Counted from the stretch's first letter, positions 23,792-38,366 are shown. The stretch: DNA of 64,000 bases from Novakomyces olei (GCA_016906335.1 JADEYG010000003.1:124001-188000), one strand, 5' to 3'. The notes: generated from the sequence alone by a model not told the origin. Program-made: numbers and translations.

Positions 23792-26700
23792 CTAAACCGG
23801 TTCGATATGCAAACCCGGTTCGAGATGCAAAACCTGTTCGTGCCGCACAGCGTACCCGTCGCATTGGACAATGACGCGGCAGGACAAAGGGCTTCCAGGA
23901 GGCAGCTGCAGGCTGAGCGAGCACTTTAGGTCCCTATTGAACACGGCACGTTGAATTGCCAGTAATTCGTCGCTGTCGGCAGCGGCCACGATAGCAAACC
24001 AGCTTTCCACCTGAGGCTTTGGAAACTTTGGGGCATAGATATGGCCTTCCCTGTCGAGACCCCGAGTCTTGCGGGCAAGAGAGATGTTGATAGTCGCTGA
24101 CGCTGGAGCACAGGTGGCAGAGCTAATTACAAGAGGCAATTTTGAAACAATCTGAGCATTTCTGGCCGCAGTTTCCGTGTCATACCCAGCGGCAGAGTAG
24201 AGACGGGTCAGTTCCCCTAATGGCCGCTCTACAAGCCTCTCCAGCTGGCCCAGATCTTCGTGCTCAAGCAGGCAAATGTCCGGGTAGCCTGGCAGCATAG
24301 AGCGGACAGCTTCGTCTGGAGGACAGGCGCGTTTAATGCAGACGATCAGCTGGATGAGCCGCAGAGTGCACTGCAAGTAGCCCAGTTCAGCGGCACAGTC
24401 GATAAAAGCCTGGCAGATACGGATGCTTTGGTCCAGGACGGAGATTTGGTCAGTGTAGTAGTCGGAGACGGGCAGGTTCGTGTGCTGCATGTGGCACTTT
24501 AGCAAGAGGTACGCCTTTATGTGTGGATCCCACATGGGCAGTCCCAGGTGGGACAGGTCTACAGAGGGCAGAGACTTTTGTATCTCGGCATTGAGCAGGT
24601 CCTCATTGTGCCGGACAGGCAGCTCGTCAAACTCTGTAGCGAGACAGAGCAGGAGCAGGCAGTCGTCAAGGCTAGCGGCCCTGGAGACACGAGTGCCAAA
24701 CATTTTTACAGTCTTATGGGAGATGTAGTAATGGCTGCAGATTCTACCAAAGCTGGTGGGCTTCAAGGCGCTTGTGTCCTGTGCCACAATATCCACACAG
24801 CCCGCTTCCTCCAATGCTTGTAGACTCTGCTCTACCAGTTGTGAGCAAAAAGTGTCTACGTCATTTGCCGCCTCTGTAGCACCAGCCTCGATGCCATAGT
24901 AACTCGGGTTCTGGTGCAGTCTACGAAACATAAACGTCCACGTTAAAAAGTCGACTGCCTCCTGCAGACTCGTAATCGACCCAGCGCATACTTCTGCATT
25001 CAAATGGTCAGGCAGGCAGAGGTGCAGGCAGGATTCAACGGGGAACCCGCTGTGCAGAAAATGCTTGTAAAACGACTTTTTACTGTCCTGCACGAATATT
25101 CTGGCCACGCCAGAGCTGTCGTACTGCGGCCGGCCAGCCCGGCCGAGCATCTGCAGGACGTCTGTCAGGTCCATGTCCCTGTATCCCTGTCGCCGAGCGT
25201 CAAAGTACTCTGTGCCCTTGACAATGACCAAGTGAGCAGGCGTGTTTACGCCCCAGGCAAGTGTGCTTGTGGCAACAAGGATCTGTACTTTGTTTTGCAC
25301 AAAAAGTGCCTCAGCCAACCGCCGGTCCTCATCAACAAGACCAGCATGGTGCAGAGCAATTCCAAAGGTCAGAGCCAGTTTGAGGCTGCTGTCACGGACC
25401 CGTAAAAGCACTCCGTCCAGCTCTGCTTCCGACATGCGTAGGAACCGACGAGGGTTATCCTCTGTGCCACAAAGCGCTACCAGATCCTGAGCAGTGAGCC
25501 GAGTCTGCCGGCGAGAGGAGACAAAGATCAGGACTGGTTGAGTGGGCGAATGGGTCTTTATCGCCTGGAAGGCAGGTCTGTTCATAGTGGCCATACGAGG
25601 GCAGTAAGCACGGCCGGCAAACCCGTCGATAAAGGTCTCCAATGGCACTGGACGTACACTGTGCCGGAAATTGTAGAGCCCCGTCTTGTGGATCTTTAGC
25701 CAGTCTGCCAAATCATAGGCATTGGCTACTGCCGTTGACAGACCCAGAATCCGGATAGCTGCACCAGTTTGTGCCGCTATATAGTTCATACGGGACACAA
25801 TCATCTCCAGTATGGGTCCCCTGTCACTGCCGAGCAAGTGTATCTCGTCAAAAATGACGAGCGACACTTGCTGCACGTACCGCCGCTGCCGCCACTGCCG
25901 ACTAATGCCGTCCCACTTTTCCGGAGTAGTGACGATAATATCGGCCGCCTTAACAGACTGTGCGTCTGGTGTAACATCTCCTGTCAATTCAATCAGGGTT
26001 TTCTGCAGGGGAAGGGTGAGCCGGGCTGTCCAGTCGGTTACACGCTCACGAACAAGTGCCTTCATGGGCGCAACGTAAACGACTTTGCCGCCAGGATTGT
26101 CTCTAAAGGAGGCAAAGAGCGCCAACTCTGCGGCCATTGTTTTCCCTGATCCAGTAGGCGCTCCAACGAAAACGTTCTTGGCAGTATAATAAACAGTATG
26201 GAAAAATTGGGTTTGAACAGCGTTGAAAAACAGGAATCGGTCGGCACACACAGACTCGTAGACGGGATTACGCAGAGCAGTTATCGGCAGAGGCTGCAAG
26301 TCCAACAGCTCAGTTACGAGATTAGCGTCCCGAGGCAGTACTGTACCACTGAGACTCACAGGCGTAACCGTCTCCGACCCGTGCCATTTATCGGAGACGG
26401 CACGCACAATAATCTGGTTCGGCAGAGGCTCTACTATGGGGATAGTAAAATCCAGGACATGGTCGTCCCTTACAGTGCGCCTGGAGAGGATAAGCAGCTC
26501 CGAGTGGTACAGACTGGACCCTTCACTGTCCTCGACCCATATCCAAAAGGCTTCAGAGCCGCTGTGGACTTTTTCGTCCCATTTAAATTCGGCATAAATG
26601 TCCAAGTGTAAGCGTAGGACGGTACGCGTTAGCGGAGCAATCTCTACATCTACTTTTAGCACAGGAAACCGGTCGAGTAAGTGCTTGACTGATCCGGCTG

Positions 26701-29700
26701 CCCGCTGATTCCGTAGTAAACTGCCCAGCTCTGCCACGTCCATGTCTCGCATGGCCTCTACAGAAGCAGCAGAATCTTTGGCCTCCAGCTTGCGCACGAG
26801 ATCTTTGGGCAGACCAAACTGGCCCAGTGGGTGCTCAAAGGACCAGCTGCGCTGGTCCATGCTTTTGCATAGACTCAGAAGCGTATCCGCAACAGGCCAG
26901 GCTCGGGAAAGTGCAATTTCGAAAAACGCACGGGCAATACGACTAGCGTTCTGTGCGACAAAGTTTGAATCAGAGACAAGAGCAAAATCTGTCACATCTG
27001 CCCGGCTTACAAACGCTTGCAGTAGAACATTGACTTTGCCAGCAGCAGAATCGGGTGTTGATCTCATTTGGCACGGAGCAGAATCAGCCTTGAGCTGCTC
27101 AAGCTCCTTTTGCTCAGAGTCCCGTGCTTTGAGCTGCCCAAACTCCTCACTCTGGCTAATCATGGCAAACAGGTCTGCCTCGCTCATGTTCGGTTTCATA
27201 GTCTTGTTCACCATCTCAATCGTCCTGTACGAGATGTAGAAATTTGAAGCAATCCTGCCAAGGTCCTTGCAGGTCATGTACCCGGTAGTCTCGTCAAACA
27301 CAATCATCTGAGTTGCATGGAGCCGTTTCGCAGCTACAGTAATGAGCTCGTTTCGTTTTCCCGCCAGATTCGGGTCGTCCCGCAGAGATTCAATCGCAAT
27401 CCCATACTTTGTCGGGTTTTTGCGCATACGGACGTAGAGAAAGGTATAATTTAACCAGGAAATGGCCTCAGTTGCGTTTGTCACAGAGCCCAACGCAATT
27501 TCTGCATTTAAATTGTCCACAAGCTTCTCCACAAATCGCGATTCAATGGGGACTTGTTGCGTCATAGCGGAAACGTAATGCGACAACTTGTCCTGTGACG
27601 TGCAAATATAAGCGACTCCACGATCCTCAAACTGAGGCCGGCCGGCACGACCAAAAATCTGTAAAACATCCAGCACGCCAAGGTCGACCTGTGCGCCTTT
27701 TTGCGGATCGTAAAGCTGTGTGCCTTTGATCAGCACCGCATAAGCCGGAAGGTTTACTCCCCACGCCAGCGTCGCAGTACAAACGAGCACTTTTAGAAGA
27801 CCTTCTGTGAACAGCCTTTCAACCAGTTTTCTGTCAGATCGAAGCATACCAGCATTATGGAACCCAATCCCATACTCAAACACTTCCCGTAACTCTTTGT
27901 TCCGGGACCGAGACACGTCTTTTTTCCCGGATTCATATAAGGGTTCTAATCGAGGCATTGCATACTCTGCCAATCCTTCATCGCGAAGAAATTCATACAA
28001 AGCTCGGCAGCTTTTGACTGTTTCCTTGCGCGAGTGAACAAATATCATAGCCTGCTTGCCCTCGCGTATAAGATCTGCCACTTTTTGAAAGCACACGTTG
28101 TCAATATTGGCTAAAGACTGCTTGGATCCGGGTTTACCTTTTGCTCCAATGAAATGCTGCTCAATCGGGCAAGGCCTAAACTTGGAAGAAAAGTAGAAAA
28201 GGCCTTGGTAAGGATTAACACGAAGAAAAGATGCAACATCCAAATAATTGGGCAGCGTTGCTGAAAGACCGACTAGACGTATCATTTTCTGAGTTGACTC
28301 TATATAACGCAATGTTCGTGCTACCAGGGACTCCAGAACACTGCCTCGTTCATCGTGTAGCATATGAACCTCGTCCAGTATGATTAATCTTACTTTGCTC
28401 ACAAGCTCACTGTCTGCTGTAGCCTTACGCGTTACAACATCCCATTTCTCTGGCGTGGTGACAATAATATTAGTGGACGTAATCTCGGCTTTTGTCAATT
28501 GCATATCGCCTGTCAACTCTCTGACTTTGACACCGGCCCACGCCAGTCTTTTACCATACTTTTCAACAACTTCGGCAGCCAGCGCTTTCATGGGCGCAAC
28601 ATATACAATCTTGAAATCTTCCAAACTCAAAGCTACCTCTGAACTTTCGGCCAACTCCTCCAACGGCCCTTCACAATTTTGTTTCAGTGTTTGCAGGATA
28701 GTAAGCAGTGCAACATCCGTCTTTCCCGCTCCAGTCGGGGCACAAATTAGCATATTTTCCGACGTATTATATGCCACTGGATATATCAAGCTTTGTATTC
28801 TGTTCAAAGTCTCATACGCTTTAAAGGTCTCACGACAAAGCGGATCAAGAGAAGAAATATGAACCGGCTTTTCGCCGAGCATTGGTGGAGCTTTAGCCGA
28901 GGCGGGTATCATAATCTCTTCGTAAATCTTTACATAATTTGTCAGCCTCGTAAATTTCAACCCCTTTTTCGTATACTCACATCTTCATGAACGGTTTCCG
29001 TGCCCGTTGGTAGGGCATATTTCCGGCCAAACGCATCGAGCATGTTCCCACCCGTTGGTGCCCCGTACACGTGTGGATATAACTCGTTCTCTGCTCGTCG
29101 TGGTTGTAATCGCATAGGCCGTCTTTGGTTGTCTTCCAGCATCCTCTCTCGTTGGTCCCGTGTCATGAAACTGCCAACAAGACTTTCCGGATCATTTGAC
29201 GCTGGCACAGATGGAATAGATGGGGGTCGATTAGATTCTTGTTGCAACTAATATTATTCTATCAGTTTCAAAACTCCATGGCTCACTTACCAGCTCATTT
29301 AGAAGCGTCTCTCTTTGAAGGGAGATGTCTGTGGCCAAATCGATTTGTTCAAAGCCAACAATGTCTATCAGGTCACTCTGAAAATTTTCAGGCGCATTTA
29401 ATATTAGCCGTGTAATGTCGTTGTAGGCATTCTGTAGACTTGCAGCCTCTAGTTGTCTTTTGAAATTAGTATTAGCCTGGAAAACAGTCTAGTACCTTCC
29501 AAGCCAACTTAGGCCGCCGTTATTGTCATGAAAGCCATCCTCCGACGAAGACGCACTCTCTTCAAACCTTTCTAAGAACGAATCAAGCGACAGCAGGTCC
29601 CTGTTAGGCGGTACACCTTTAGTCGTGACAAGGTCGACGCCATATTCTTGCAGTTGTAGATCTTTGACTGCCGAAATCAGCACGGATCAAGATGGCATTG

Positions 29701-29800
29701 TGTAGCAAATGCAATATAATTAGACAGGAAAAATCGACTTACATCGGCCAATTTGGCTTTCCACCTGCGATATGAGATCGTCAATCTCGTCAGATTGCAT
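23792..29800 (-). CDS. SLH1: Ski2-like tandem helicase Slh1/Rqt2/ASCC3 (ribosome quality control), 5 exons
   Basis: Two DExH cassettes ([12 protein letters not shown] and [12 protein letters not shown]), each followed by a Sec63 region. ATG at 29800 ([10 protein letters not shown]) and four short introns including 28928-28980. Confidence 0.92.
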
Positions 29801-30071
29801 AAAGGCGCAATTGGTGATACCGAAGCATCACACCAATTTCATCATTTATTTTTTGAAAATTAGATTATGTATTTGCTACGTCGAACTAATATTATTTCAT
29901 TTATTTATTTATTTGTCGTATAAATTGATAATAATGTATTTGTTGGATATCGTTAGTTTATCGTCTACCACCTTTTAGCAGAAGCCATAAACAATTAGGG
30001 CTATACCAGTATAATTCTGAAATATAGCATGCTTCCCCATTAATAAATTAATTAATTAATATTCGCTACCA

Positions 30072-31058
30072 ATGGACGCCGGGCCAAGGCCGTCGCTGGA
30101 CGCGTACGGTGACGGTCACCGGGCAGTTCTTCAAACGTTTTTATCACAGCGCGTTATATCAGAACCGCGTTTTCACCAATTGGTGAGTCGCGTGTTTCGT
30201 GACGGTATAGGCTCTGTAATTTAGACTGACTAATATTGTTGAAAGGCGGCGATGCTGGCAATATCGCGCAAACCGAACTTGATAGTTTGATAAATTCTTT
30301 GAATGAACGTCTCGCGGATTTAGACTTTAAAATTTCAGTCTCTCGCGATCAGACAGATGGAACTGTCTTGTACATATTTGTAAGTCGGCTTCTAAGACGC
30401 TTCTAAAAGAAATTCAGATAAATACCAACACGGACGAGATTACAAAGTTTGGTTCACCATTTTCTGCATCAGAAGTGCATTTTATAAGAGCCTGTATGGA
30501 TCTGGCGTTTCGTGAAAATCAATCAATGGGCGAAGAAGTCTTTGGGTTTGCGAGTAGCCAAGCGCTACACGCCAGTCTGCGCGTATCTAACATAACCCAA
30601 CAGCAGGCAGAGCAAGTGCTCAATATTCTAGTTGCTAATGGCTGGCTAAATGTGTCAGGGTAATTAATTGCTATAACATATGGCTGTATACAAATCTACC
30701 TTGGGTTCGAGTTGACATTTAGTGAGGGCTTTTACACGTTCTCTGAGCGGGCCATTGCGGAACTACAGTTGTTATTAGAACAGGAATTTGTCGATGACGA
30801 TGGCGTCTCAATGATCCGGCATTGCAGTGCATGTAAGGGCATTCTCACTATTGTAGGTGTGATCTTTTAATACCTCCTAATAAATAGGGAGAGAGATGTG
30901 CAGTGCCAGAATGCTTGGGCCGTTTACATCCTTATTGCTCTGACGTGCTATCGTCAACTGCACGCAGACTTGAGCGGCCAAAAAAGTGTCCAGTGTGTAG
31001 CGCGGACTGGTCAGATTGTCGGCCGGTTGGGCCATTGGCCCATAACGCTCGACACTAA
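30072..31058 (+). CDS. NSE1: Smc5/6 subunit Nse1 (winged helix plus RING), 5 exons
   Basis: YGDGHRAVLQTF, LVANGWL, and a spliced RING HCSACKGILTI|GERCAVPECLGRLHPYC..KCPVCSADW. Four short introns. Confidence 0.88.
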
Positions 31059-31635
31059 TTCGATACCCGTACGATTGTGAGCGTACAGTCGCCAATAGTC
31101 TAGTAAACCAAGCAAATAAAAGCAAACCCAATGTGGATAACCAAAGAGCAGCATGAGCATGATGACTGATATAAAATAGACCAAAGAATGTATCGACCCG
31201 TGGACAATACACGAAGTACCCAACCAGGCAGGCTTTTAGAGTATGTCTCTCGTCAGAATGTGTAATCTTTACATTCTAATCCAGGATTGAATCTACGAGT
31301 AATTGCACATTATACTATGAAACGAAAAGGCTCTGTGCTTAGTAGTTTCCCATAGCTGAATATTATAGGGCAATAATACCAAAAACCAGAATGGTGACGA
31401 TCATCGGTCGTGTTTATAGTGGTATCTCCTTATATATTTTTCCGCACTAGTATAAACCTACCATATTATTACATACTACAATTTAATGATGAAACGAGTA
31501 TTTTTGATATAGAGTACTTTTGCGTAACGGGTAGAATAACCACATTGGCCGTACAAACAACACAATTGCTATAACCTTTTGCTTTTGTTGTCACTGATCT
31601 TTTTGCAAACCCAAATATTAAGCAAACCATTACAC

Positions 31636-32301
31636 ATGTCGTGGCAAGGTAAGTTGCGGCAATCAGAGATTTTTCGCTTTTTTCAACGAACAACACAAGC
31701 TTAATTGACTCTTATAGCGTACGTCGATACTTCTCTGGTGGGCTCTCACCAAGTGGACAAAGCCGGTATCTATGCCCGTGATGGCAGCAGTACCTGGGCC
31801 GCCAGCCCTGGATTCACGGTAGGTCTCATTTGCACTGGTCAAGTTTTTTTCTGACCATTTTAGCCGTCCGCTACGGAATTAAAGACTTTAGCCAAAGGAT
31901 TCGAGGATCCGACGAGCATGTTTGGCACGGGAATCACCCTGCAGGGCGTAAAATACTTTACTATTCGCGCGGAAGATCGATCCATTTACGGGAAATTGGT
32001 AAGAAAGGCAGTAAATACGAAAAGACTCTGAATAAAAGAATCGATATTGTTGGGAGCACTAAAGAAATACGAAAGTAGAGAGAAGTTTAGCATAAAATCA
32101 CGTCACTAACTGTGTCAGCACGAGGAAGGTGTCATTTGCGTGCGCACGAAGCAGGCTCTTATAATCGCTCACTATCCATCGAACGTACAGCCCGGAAACG
32201 CTGTCACGACTGTGGGTATGTTTAATTCGTCACTTATCAATTCCAGCTGAGACTAATATATAGAAAAATTGGCAGATTATTTGGTCGGAGTCAATTACTA
32301 G
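31636..32301 (+). CDS. cdc3: Profilin, 5 exons (not represented in the ORF track)
   Basis: Spliced [70 protein letters not shown]. Confidence 0.96.
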
Positions 32302-32487
32302 GTTTTTGCAAAGCTTCTACAAGTTCAGTTTGCTTGGTTTTGGTCCATCTCTAATACAAATTCAAATAAAGCATCATATTAAAACCAGGGCACGCCTGCG
32401 TGCCACGTTAAATTAGTCTAGATGGAATATTGTCGGCTCTGTACGTGTGACATTCCCGTTCTGTAGGGCTCGTAAAGATCTTGCCAT

Positions 32488-33092
32488 TTAAACGGGACTT
32501 GTGGTTCGTGTGCCCACCAATTTATCGATAATCTACCATGTAAGCAGAAATTCAAATCTACCAACAATATCACTCACTTGTGCAACAACTGGCAGGCAAA
32601 GCACAGGTCCAATCAAAGGCAATCCACGTAAAAAGTTTATCACCACAGGGAAAAAGTCGCCACTAGAATTCTGTATCAGTAAACGTTCGTTAATGAAGAA
32701 TTTTATGATACAATAAGTTTATGAAGCCAAACAGCTCAACAAAAACCCCAACGACGGGTCTTCGAAGGAAAACTAGCAAGATTCCGCCGAGAAAACATAA
32801 ACTGCCCCGTAGTTTATTTCGTCGTGCGAAAAACATAACAGTCTTGTTTAATCCAATGATAAGAGTAAGGCCTAGCAAAAACAGGACATTCCCCATTGCA
32901 AGAAAGGCAGTATCAAAAAACAGCATAACTCCCTTGGTCTATGTTAGCATCTTGCGCGAGGATCCAGTTTGCAAGTTTGGCCTACAAAAATCATAAAAAC
33001 AAAGCCGCCGGCGCTGAGCGCTACTCCAAACTCTGTCAAATTAGACACACAACAAATGCTCTTGATATACTTTGCTGATCTGTCAGCCACAT
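32488..33092 (-). CDS. GOT1: Golgi transport protein Got1, 5 exons
   Basis: MWLTDQQK FGVALS, GVMLFFDTAFLAMGNVLFLLGL, ELFGFINLF|GDFFP. An alternative ATG lies at 33095. Confidence 0.93.
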
Positions 33093-33526
33093 CATGAAAC
33101 AGGGCACGCTCTGTGATCGATTCCACGATTTTGTTTATCTGCACTGGCCACGATCATATATTTTGAGTGTATTATTTTTGTCTCGTGCGTGTCTACATAT
33201 CTAATTTAGGATATTTCGAAATTGCTATAAAAAACCCCTTGATAAAAACATTCACACCCTCTTTATATTTATAAACCTCGATTTACACACACAAAAAAAA
33301 ATTAAGAATATCAGCACGCTAGGGTTGGTTAGGGTTAGCTAGGATTAACCGCCTATAATACATTTTGACCGGACTCAAGCAGAAAGTGCTTTGCTCGTAT
33401 AAAATATATGCTTAAAAACCTACAGCTCAGCTTCCATAGGGGCAATATGTATTCATGGCTATCAGCAACGCGGCAAACAAAGCAGTGCTGAACTTGATCA
33501 TGGCCCGCTATGCAATTTCCAATATT

Positions 33527-34240
33527 TCACCAGGGTAAAGTTTCGCCTCTGTAATTGATAAGACGCGGCTCACTGTTGAGTGGAAAAGAAGACAGGGCTT
33601 TAATCATACCAGTAACACTTTCATCGACAGAGATGCTGGCATTCTTACCGCCCATGTCAGTCTGCACCCAACCTGGATGGATAGGAATAACAGTAATGCC
33701 CTTGTCCCTATAGTATCCGTACCAATATTTCGCCATCATATCAAGAGCGGCTTTGGTGGAGTGGTAGGCCATCATGTTGTTTGTGCCGTCCGAGAGAGTA
33801 ACTGAGCCCGAACTAGACGAGATATAGACGATGGTCTTGCGCTCGCTGCGTAGTACGAGAGGAAATAGGAGACGAGTCAGGTATCCAGGTCCAACCACGT
33901 TAACATTGAATGCTTCACGGAATCCTGCCGGATCAATTTCGAGTGGCTCTCCGAGCGGTGTACTAATGGCAGAGTTGAAAATTGACAAATCCAAGCCGCT
34001 GCCGCCCACTACACCAGAGATAGACTTGGCGAATGCGTCAATACTGTTGTCGTTGGATACGTCAAGTTTGAGAATCTTCAGCTTCTCCGGGTTTTCTGCG
34101 GCCAACTGTTCTAGTCTCTCCACGTTGCTCGTAGCACGCACAGTCGCAACTACTAATTGCGAAATTGGCAGCAAGTGCCGAACAAGGCCAAGGCCAATCC
34201 CACGGTTGGCGCCCGTAACAAGCACGTTTCTAATGGACAT
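33527..34240 (-). CDS. Classical SDR, C-factor/CsgA-like
   Basis: VLVTGANRGIG, YISSSSGS, catalytic YHSTK and IHPGWVQTDMGG. ATG at 34240, intronless. Confidence 0.92.
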   Translation of the reverse strand: MSIRNVLVTGANRGIGLGLVRHLLPISQLVVATVRATSNVERLEQLAAENPEKLKILKLDVSNDNSIDAFAKSISGVVGGSGLDLSIFNSAISTPLGEPLEIDPAGFREAFNVNVVGPGYLTRLLFPLVLRSERKTIVYISSSSGSVTLSDGTNNMMAYHSTKAALDMMAKYWYGYYRDKGITVIPIHPGWVQTDMGGKNASISVDESVTGMIKALSSFPLNSEPRLINYRGETLPW

Positions 34241-34816
34241 TATAGCCACCGTATATTTAAACCTTTTCAAGTGCAAATTTTCGGCGCTATTGCCGATTTA
34301 TATGTACCGTCTTTGCAATAATCAGCCCGTCTTGCTACAGTATAACGTCATACTTTGCTCGGTATAACCGACGTATCCGCACGCTTATGCGCTCATTCAG
34401 GGCAGTAACCAAAGGTCGATGTGTACATTAGCCGAAGGCATTTTGTTTGTAATACTGCACCCGTTTGGGACAGCGTATCCGTACGGCGCTGTAAATTACC
34501 GCCAATCGGTCCTCTTGACACTGGATTTTGGCGGGGAAATATATAAATAAATTTTATCAAGGCTATTATTTCTCTTCCTAAATATAGGTTCGAAATTCAT
34601 ATAGTGATCTACTAGAGAAATTAAACCCTAAATAACCCTAGATACTTCGATTTACCTTAACATAAATAAACAAGAGTACTCTCTTATCGCATAACGAATT
34701 TTATTGGCTGTAAAATGTCCGTGCCTTATATAATACACGCACGCTGGTTATGACCTAGAATGTGACTTTGGTACTGGTAAATAATCTCGGATACGAAGAC
34801 GAGTCCTCTACAGCAA

Positions 34817-36278
34817 ATGGCAATTGAAAACAGTGGAAAGACGGTGGTAGTATTGGGCGCTGGTGTTTTTGGGCTTTCGTCAGCACTGCATTTAGCCAAT
34901 GCAGGTCACCGCGTAGTTCTACTTGATCGGCAGCCGTATGATACTAACGAGTACGACTCGTTAGATGGTGGAGCCGATGCCGCCAGTTGTGGTAAGAAGG
35001 AGATCTAATACCGAGATTAGACGCAACCAAATACCATTAGAATATTGGCTAATTACAGACTTGAACAAGATCTTTAGGGCGAGTTACGGAGACGACTCAT
35101 TGCTCAATGAGTTTGCCCTGAGCGCGAGATCGCATTGGCAAGCCTGGTCGCTCTTGAGCCGAGAACCACTGTTTGAGCAAACGGGCTACCTGCGCCTCGA
35201 CGACCACGATGAGCATGGACCCTCGGAGCGTGGGAATTTGGAGTGCTACTCGCGTCAAGGCTTGAGGCACACACAGTACGATATCAATACCGAGGTGGAT
35301 CGTGCAAAGGCAGATGGTATTGAGCCAAGATTAGACCCAATCGGCCGCAAGAGTCGCGGAATCAAGACTATTGGGGTCTATGATACTACTGGCGGGTTCG
35401 TTCACGCTTCACGGTCCTGCCTTTTTGTTTTGAGAGCGTTGCAACGTCATCCTGCTGTCACTACTGTCCTGGGACCTCATGCGGCTTTTGGCTCGTTTCA
35501 CGTTGAAAATGGCCGGTATACAGGCGTCGCTACCGCCGATGGATCTGTTTACAAGGGCGATCACGTAGTGGTGGCATTGGGTCCGTGGTCGACGCAGGTG
35601 CTGCCTGAGCTCCGCGATCGTATAGAGGCATCTGCCGGAAATGTGGCAATTCTACAGATCCCTCAGCACCGAAAGGATCTATTGAAAAAATACTCGCCTG
35701 ATGCGTTTCCCGTGGTGAGCTGGAAAGGCGGTGCTCTATTGGAGCGTGAAAAGGGAGCAGGTATTTACTTCTTCCCTTGTACTCCAGACGGCCGTATCAA
35801 GATCGGCCACCGTGGGAATAAATGGATCAATCCGGTCGGGGCTGATGCGTATTCGCAGCCTGTAACTGCATCAACGGACCCGAGAGAGACGCGATTTCCA
35901 GTCGCTACTATGGACGAGATCAAGGAATTTGTGCGTACTAATCTTACCGATATTGTTGAAGCAGGTGGTGAAATTGTTTATACCAGACTTTGCTGGTACA
36001 CGGATGTAATCGATAACATGTTTGTCATTGATCACGTGCCAAATCGTCCTGGTGTGGTGAGCTGCACCGGCGGATCTGGCCACGGCTTCAAATTTCTCCC
36101 TGTGCTGGGTAGCGTTACCGCTGACGTTATAGCGGGACGTAAAACGAAATTGACGGACCGTTTCCGTTGGCGCTCTCGTGAGGAGATGAAGGTTGTGAAT
36201 AAAATTAATGAAGGTACCAATGGGCCACGAACCCTCTACAATCAGTCGCTCATTAAGCCCGAGGATATGGTGTTTTGA
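34817..36278 (+). CDS. FAD-dependent amine oxidase of the sarcosine/pipecolate/fructosyl-amino-acid oxidase family, 2 exons
   Basis: LGAGVFGLS dinucleotide fold, ASC|DLNKIFR across intron 34992-35058, RLCWYTD and GGSGHGFKFLP. Confidence 0.9.
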
Positions 36279-36797
36279 GCTGAACAACTAAGCCGTGGGA
36301 GAGAAGAAAAGACCGAGACGTTATCTTTTATATCTAAAATTGGTTGGTGTATAGATGCTGAAAGAAATTTAATGTTTATAATTGACCGTAATGAGTGCAA
36401 ATTTGGTCTTGAATTTAGCATTTTCCTTTTCACGCCTCGCCTGCTGTGGGAGTAACGTTCAGTTTACGCTGACTTTGTCTGGTATAACATAGCAAAGTAG
36501 AATCGTTCAGCCGGGATTTGACCCTAACCCTAGTCCCTGTGATAATGATAATTATATACGTAGATTTGCCAACTCTCTCTACTTTAAACAAACCCTAACC
36601 CTTTACCCATTCATTTTACGAAAATCCTACTTGCGCGAGTCCAACAGCGTCCTTTAAAATCGGACACGAGGCCGAGCAATCCACGCCGCGCCTCAACGAG
36701 CATGCTCAAATAGAATATTACATCAAAGTACGCGCGCTTCTTGCTTTGGTGGATATGAGAAATATTTTCAAAGTCGTCAAATTGAAAATAAAAATAA

Positions 36798-38044
36798 ATG
36801 AATTCAATGGACGATGAGGAAGCACAGGTGCTAGCACGCACACTGACAGCGTTTGAGGCATATGTAACAACATCATTACAGAAAAACCATTGGCGGCGAT
36901 GCGATTTTATACAATTGCCTCAGCATCATCGCGAGTTGTTGGACGGCTATGGTGCGAAGCTTGAACGGGTCGACGCGGCAATAGCTCGAAATGGAGTTTT
37001 TGTGAAATTATTGGTTGAGACAGCAGCTGCCGAATTCTGGGGCAAATCGTCTTTTCCCAAGCTTCATCCGACTTCAAAGTATGCTTTTTTTTTTTTAATT
37101 ATTTTAATGATTTAATGGTATTTATCTAAAACCAACAGTGACACTGATAAAGTGCGATCTACGCTCAAACAATTTGTCCGCGATTGGACTGCCGACGGGG
37201 CCGAAGAGCGGAGGCTATCGTATACTCCGATCTTAGAAACATTGAACCAGTATTTTGGCCATTTGAATGCCGATGAAAAGGCTCGTATATCCGTTCTTGT
37301 ACCCGGAGCTGGGTTGGGTCGTCTTCCCTACGAAATAGCAGCCGCAGGTAAGTTTAGAAAAATATGACAGCCCGCACACGATCTAGATCTCTTGCCGTAG
37401 AAGGGTATAGACGTGAACGATTCTGTGACTAATTAGTTCGAATGGCTAATTGATTGAAAGGTTACTCTTGCCAAGGAAATGAGTTTTCCTTTCATATGTT
37501 GTTTGGCTCCAATTTTATACTGAATCACACAACAGAAGCAGATGCTTTTGAGCTCTTTCCATATGTGCACTCATTTTCAAATCATCGCTCGGAAGAAAAG
37601 GATCTATTGCATCGTGTTACTTTGCCAGATGTAGTGCCCGCTGCACTAGTTGGAGGCCGTGCTGCATTCAGTATGGCCGCGGGTAATTTTATCGAGATAT
37701 ATTCCGATGAATCGTCACGTGAAGCCTTTGACGTTGTTGCTACTGTGTTTTTCATTGATACTGCTCATAACATTTGTGCGTACCTTGATACCATTTGTCA
37801 TTGTCTCCGACCAGGCGGCTTATGGGTCAATTTAGGTCCGTTACTGTGGCACTTTGAGGGAGGAGGCAATAGCAGTGATGGAGGCAGTATAGAATTAACA
37901 CTAAAGGAGCTCTTTGATTTGCTACCAAAGTATGGGCTTAAAGTGCGGCAACAGCGTTGTATCAGCACAACGTATATGAGCGCGCCAAACTCAATGTTAA
38001 AGTATGTGTATGAGACCGAGTTCTTTGTAGCGGAAAAAGTCTAA
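36798..38044 (+). CDS. Carnosine N-methyltransferase-like (N2227 family), 3 exons
   Basis: DKVRSTLKQFVRDW, VLVPGAGLGRL, QGNEFSFHM, FFIDTAHN and WVNLGPLLWHF. Introns about 37079-37138 and 37348-37460. Confidence 0.93.
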
Positions 38045-38366
38045 GGGCCCTGAAAGGTCGTCAACAGACTGAGTCTTACATTGCCCATGTACATTTTTAA
38101 AATTGTTAGACTATCTGTATTTTCGTTAGGGTTGGATAGGGCTGAATCAAAGTTCATTTTGGTCTGTCGATCTGCTTGAATATTCCAATAAGCGTACATC
38201 GAATATTATAAAAATTATTGACTACTTTATTCTTTGTTCAAATTGTTCGCTTTAATGAATTTAATGTCCAATGCCTGACAGTTAATTTCTATATTACATG
38301 CGTTCCCAGCCTCTATGATTCGTACGTATGAACCCCAGTTCATACGTAAATCTCTATATATACATT

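Noticed and set aside
28928..28990. Apparent frameshift between SLH1 ORFs 28957-29247 and 23792-28960
   Set aside because: Explained by a 53-nt GTGAGT..CTGAC..AAG intron.
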